From: Paracoccaceae bacterium | Lineage (GTDB): Bacteria > Pseudomonadota > Alphaproteobacteria > Rhodobacterales > Rhodobacteraceae | DNA length: 64,000 nt | Direction of reading: 5' to 3' | NCBI GenBank assembly: GCA_039984715.1 | Contig: JBDWUA010000001.1 | Coordinates: forward strand, 43,314-107,313 | Shown: piece by piece, positions 63,465 through 64,000 of the stretch | Layout of the letters: each line of letters opens with the position of its first letter | Position numbering within the stretch: the stretch's first letter is position 1 | The notes under the pieces: model-generated | What the model saw: the letters and a program-made list of their open reading frames with translations, nothing else | Databases searched by the model: none | Told to the model about the DNA's origin: nothing | Translations under genes and position numbers: made by a program

Positions 63465-64000
63465 GGAAAAAATTCACCTTTAAAGGCCGCGTTATTGACG
63501 CGGGAACTGGGAAAAAGAACGGTGGTCTGATCCAGCCATGGGAAAGGGGATGCGCGCATTCGTTGGAAAATTTGGCACGGCTTGCAAAATCCCAGCAACG
63601 ATAATGCGCAGATCACACAAAGAGTGGTCAAACAGTTGACGTGTCCACACGGAACGAACGTTTCGTGCGTGCTAAAAGTGAGCCAGAACATTTGGTGGCA
63701 AATGGACATTAAGAATCAGATTCCTCGACCAAGTTTCGGTTGAGATCATTCTGATCCTTTGATGGTTTATGCTTACTGTTGAAGTTTGGGAATTATTAGG
63801 ACTGATTAAGACTTTACTGTGTCTGATCCATTAACAGTTCGTTAACTATGGTAACGGGATTTGTAGTGTAATCTATTGATAAGGTTATGAATATTGACCG
63901 ACCTGCCCAAGCGGACACCAAGAGGCGGTATGTTGAGAACGTCTGACGGAATACCCCGCTCAACATATTTGCGGCTAACAGGCGATCAGCAACGTTTGCC

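Noticed and set aside
63814-63999. Minus-strand frame open from the right edge to TAA 63814-63816, which could be the 3' end of a gene beyond the window.
   Set aside because: The last roughly 30 codons run into the AT-rich tract and give an implausible sequence (…SIFITLSIDYTTNPVTIVNELLMDQTQ). A plus-strand start with a good RBS at 63930 competes for the same DNA. I leave this unresolved rather than calling a feature.
1-64000. I scanned the intergenic regions by eye for mobile elements, prophage genes, defence systems (restriction-modification, CBASS, retron, toxin-antitoxin pairs), CRISPR arrays, and tRNA, rRNA or tmRNA genes.
   Set aside because: I found no transposase, integrase, reverse transcriptase, Cas-like, phage structural or nuclease/ATPase defence-type ORFs in the six-frame track. 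Intergenic regions are short, mostly under 300 bp, and none shows a cloverleaf-like tRNA or repeat-spacer pattern. A dedicated tRNAscan/Infernal run would be needed to exclude small RNAs formally.

Overview
This 64 kb window looks like ordinary chromosomal DNA from a roseobacter-type Rhodobacteraceae alphaproteobacterium. That taxonomic call is an inference from gene content and synteny, for example purH-lspA-DUF3035-M16 peptidase pair, mcl1 of the ethylmalonyl-CoA pathway, and a GTTC-N7-GTTC SOS box. The window is densely coding on both strands. I call about 63 protein genes, many joined by 4-nt ATGA/GTGA start/stop overlaps.

Recognisable blocks are:
- Housekeeping genes: map, rsmD, rsmB, purH, lspA, mutL, rmuC, accA, pyk, rpmI-rplT.
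- A purine/ureide catabolism cluster: NCS2 permease, allA, ureidoglycine aminohydrolase, a PuuE-OHCU decarboxylase fusion, uraH.
- deoC plus a double-length aldehyde dehydrogenase.
- A D-glutamate module: DUF1611/DgcN-like, enolase-superfamily racemase, D-amino-acid transaminase.
- One ECF sigma/anti-sigma pair and two two-component modules.
- An ada gene.
- A 1168-aa secreted serralysin-like RTX protein at the right end.

I saw no rRNA, tRNA, CRISPR array, transposase, integrase or phage genes.

I did not find a convincing novel multi-gene system such as a defence island. The most unusual items are:
1. An RTX metalloprotease that looks like two type I secretion substrates fused end to end.
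2. A stand-alone imuB with its own LexA box and no imuA or dnaE2 beside it.
3. A lower-GC signalling module: a cysteine-free periplasmic molybdopterin-oxidoreductase-like domain protein, a hybrid HK-REC-Hpt kinase and a LuxR-type regulator.
4. A low-GC patch with a start-less methyltransferase-like ORF.
5. A tightly coupled four-gene operon of unrelated annotations.

All family assignments come from reading the translated ORFs and recalling motifs. No database search was run.
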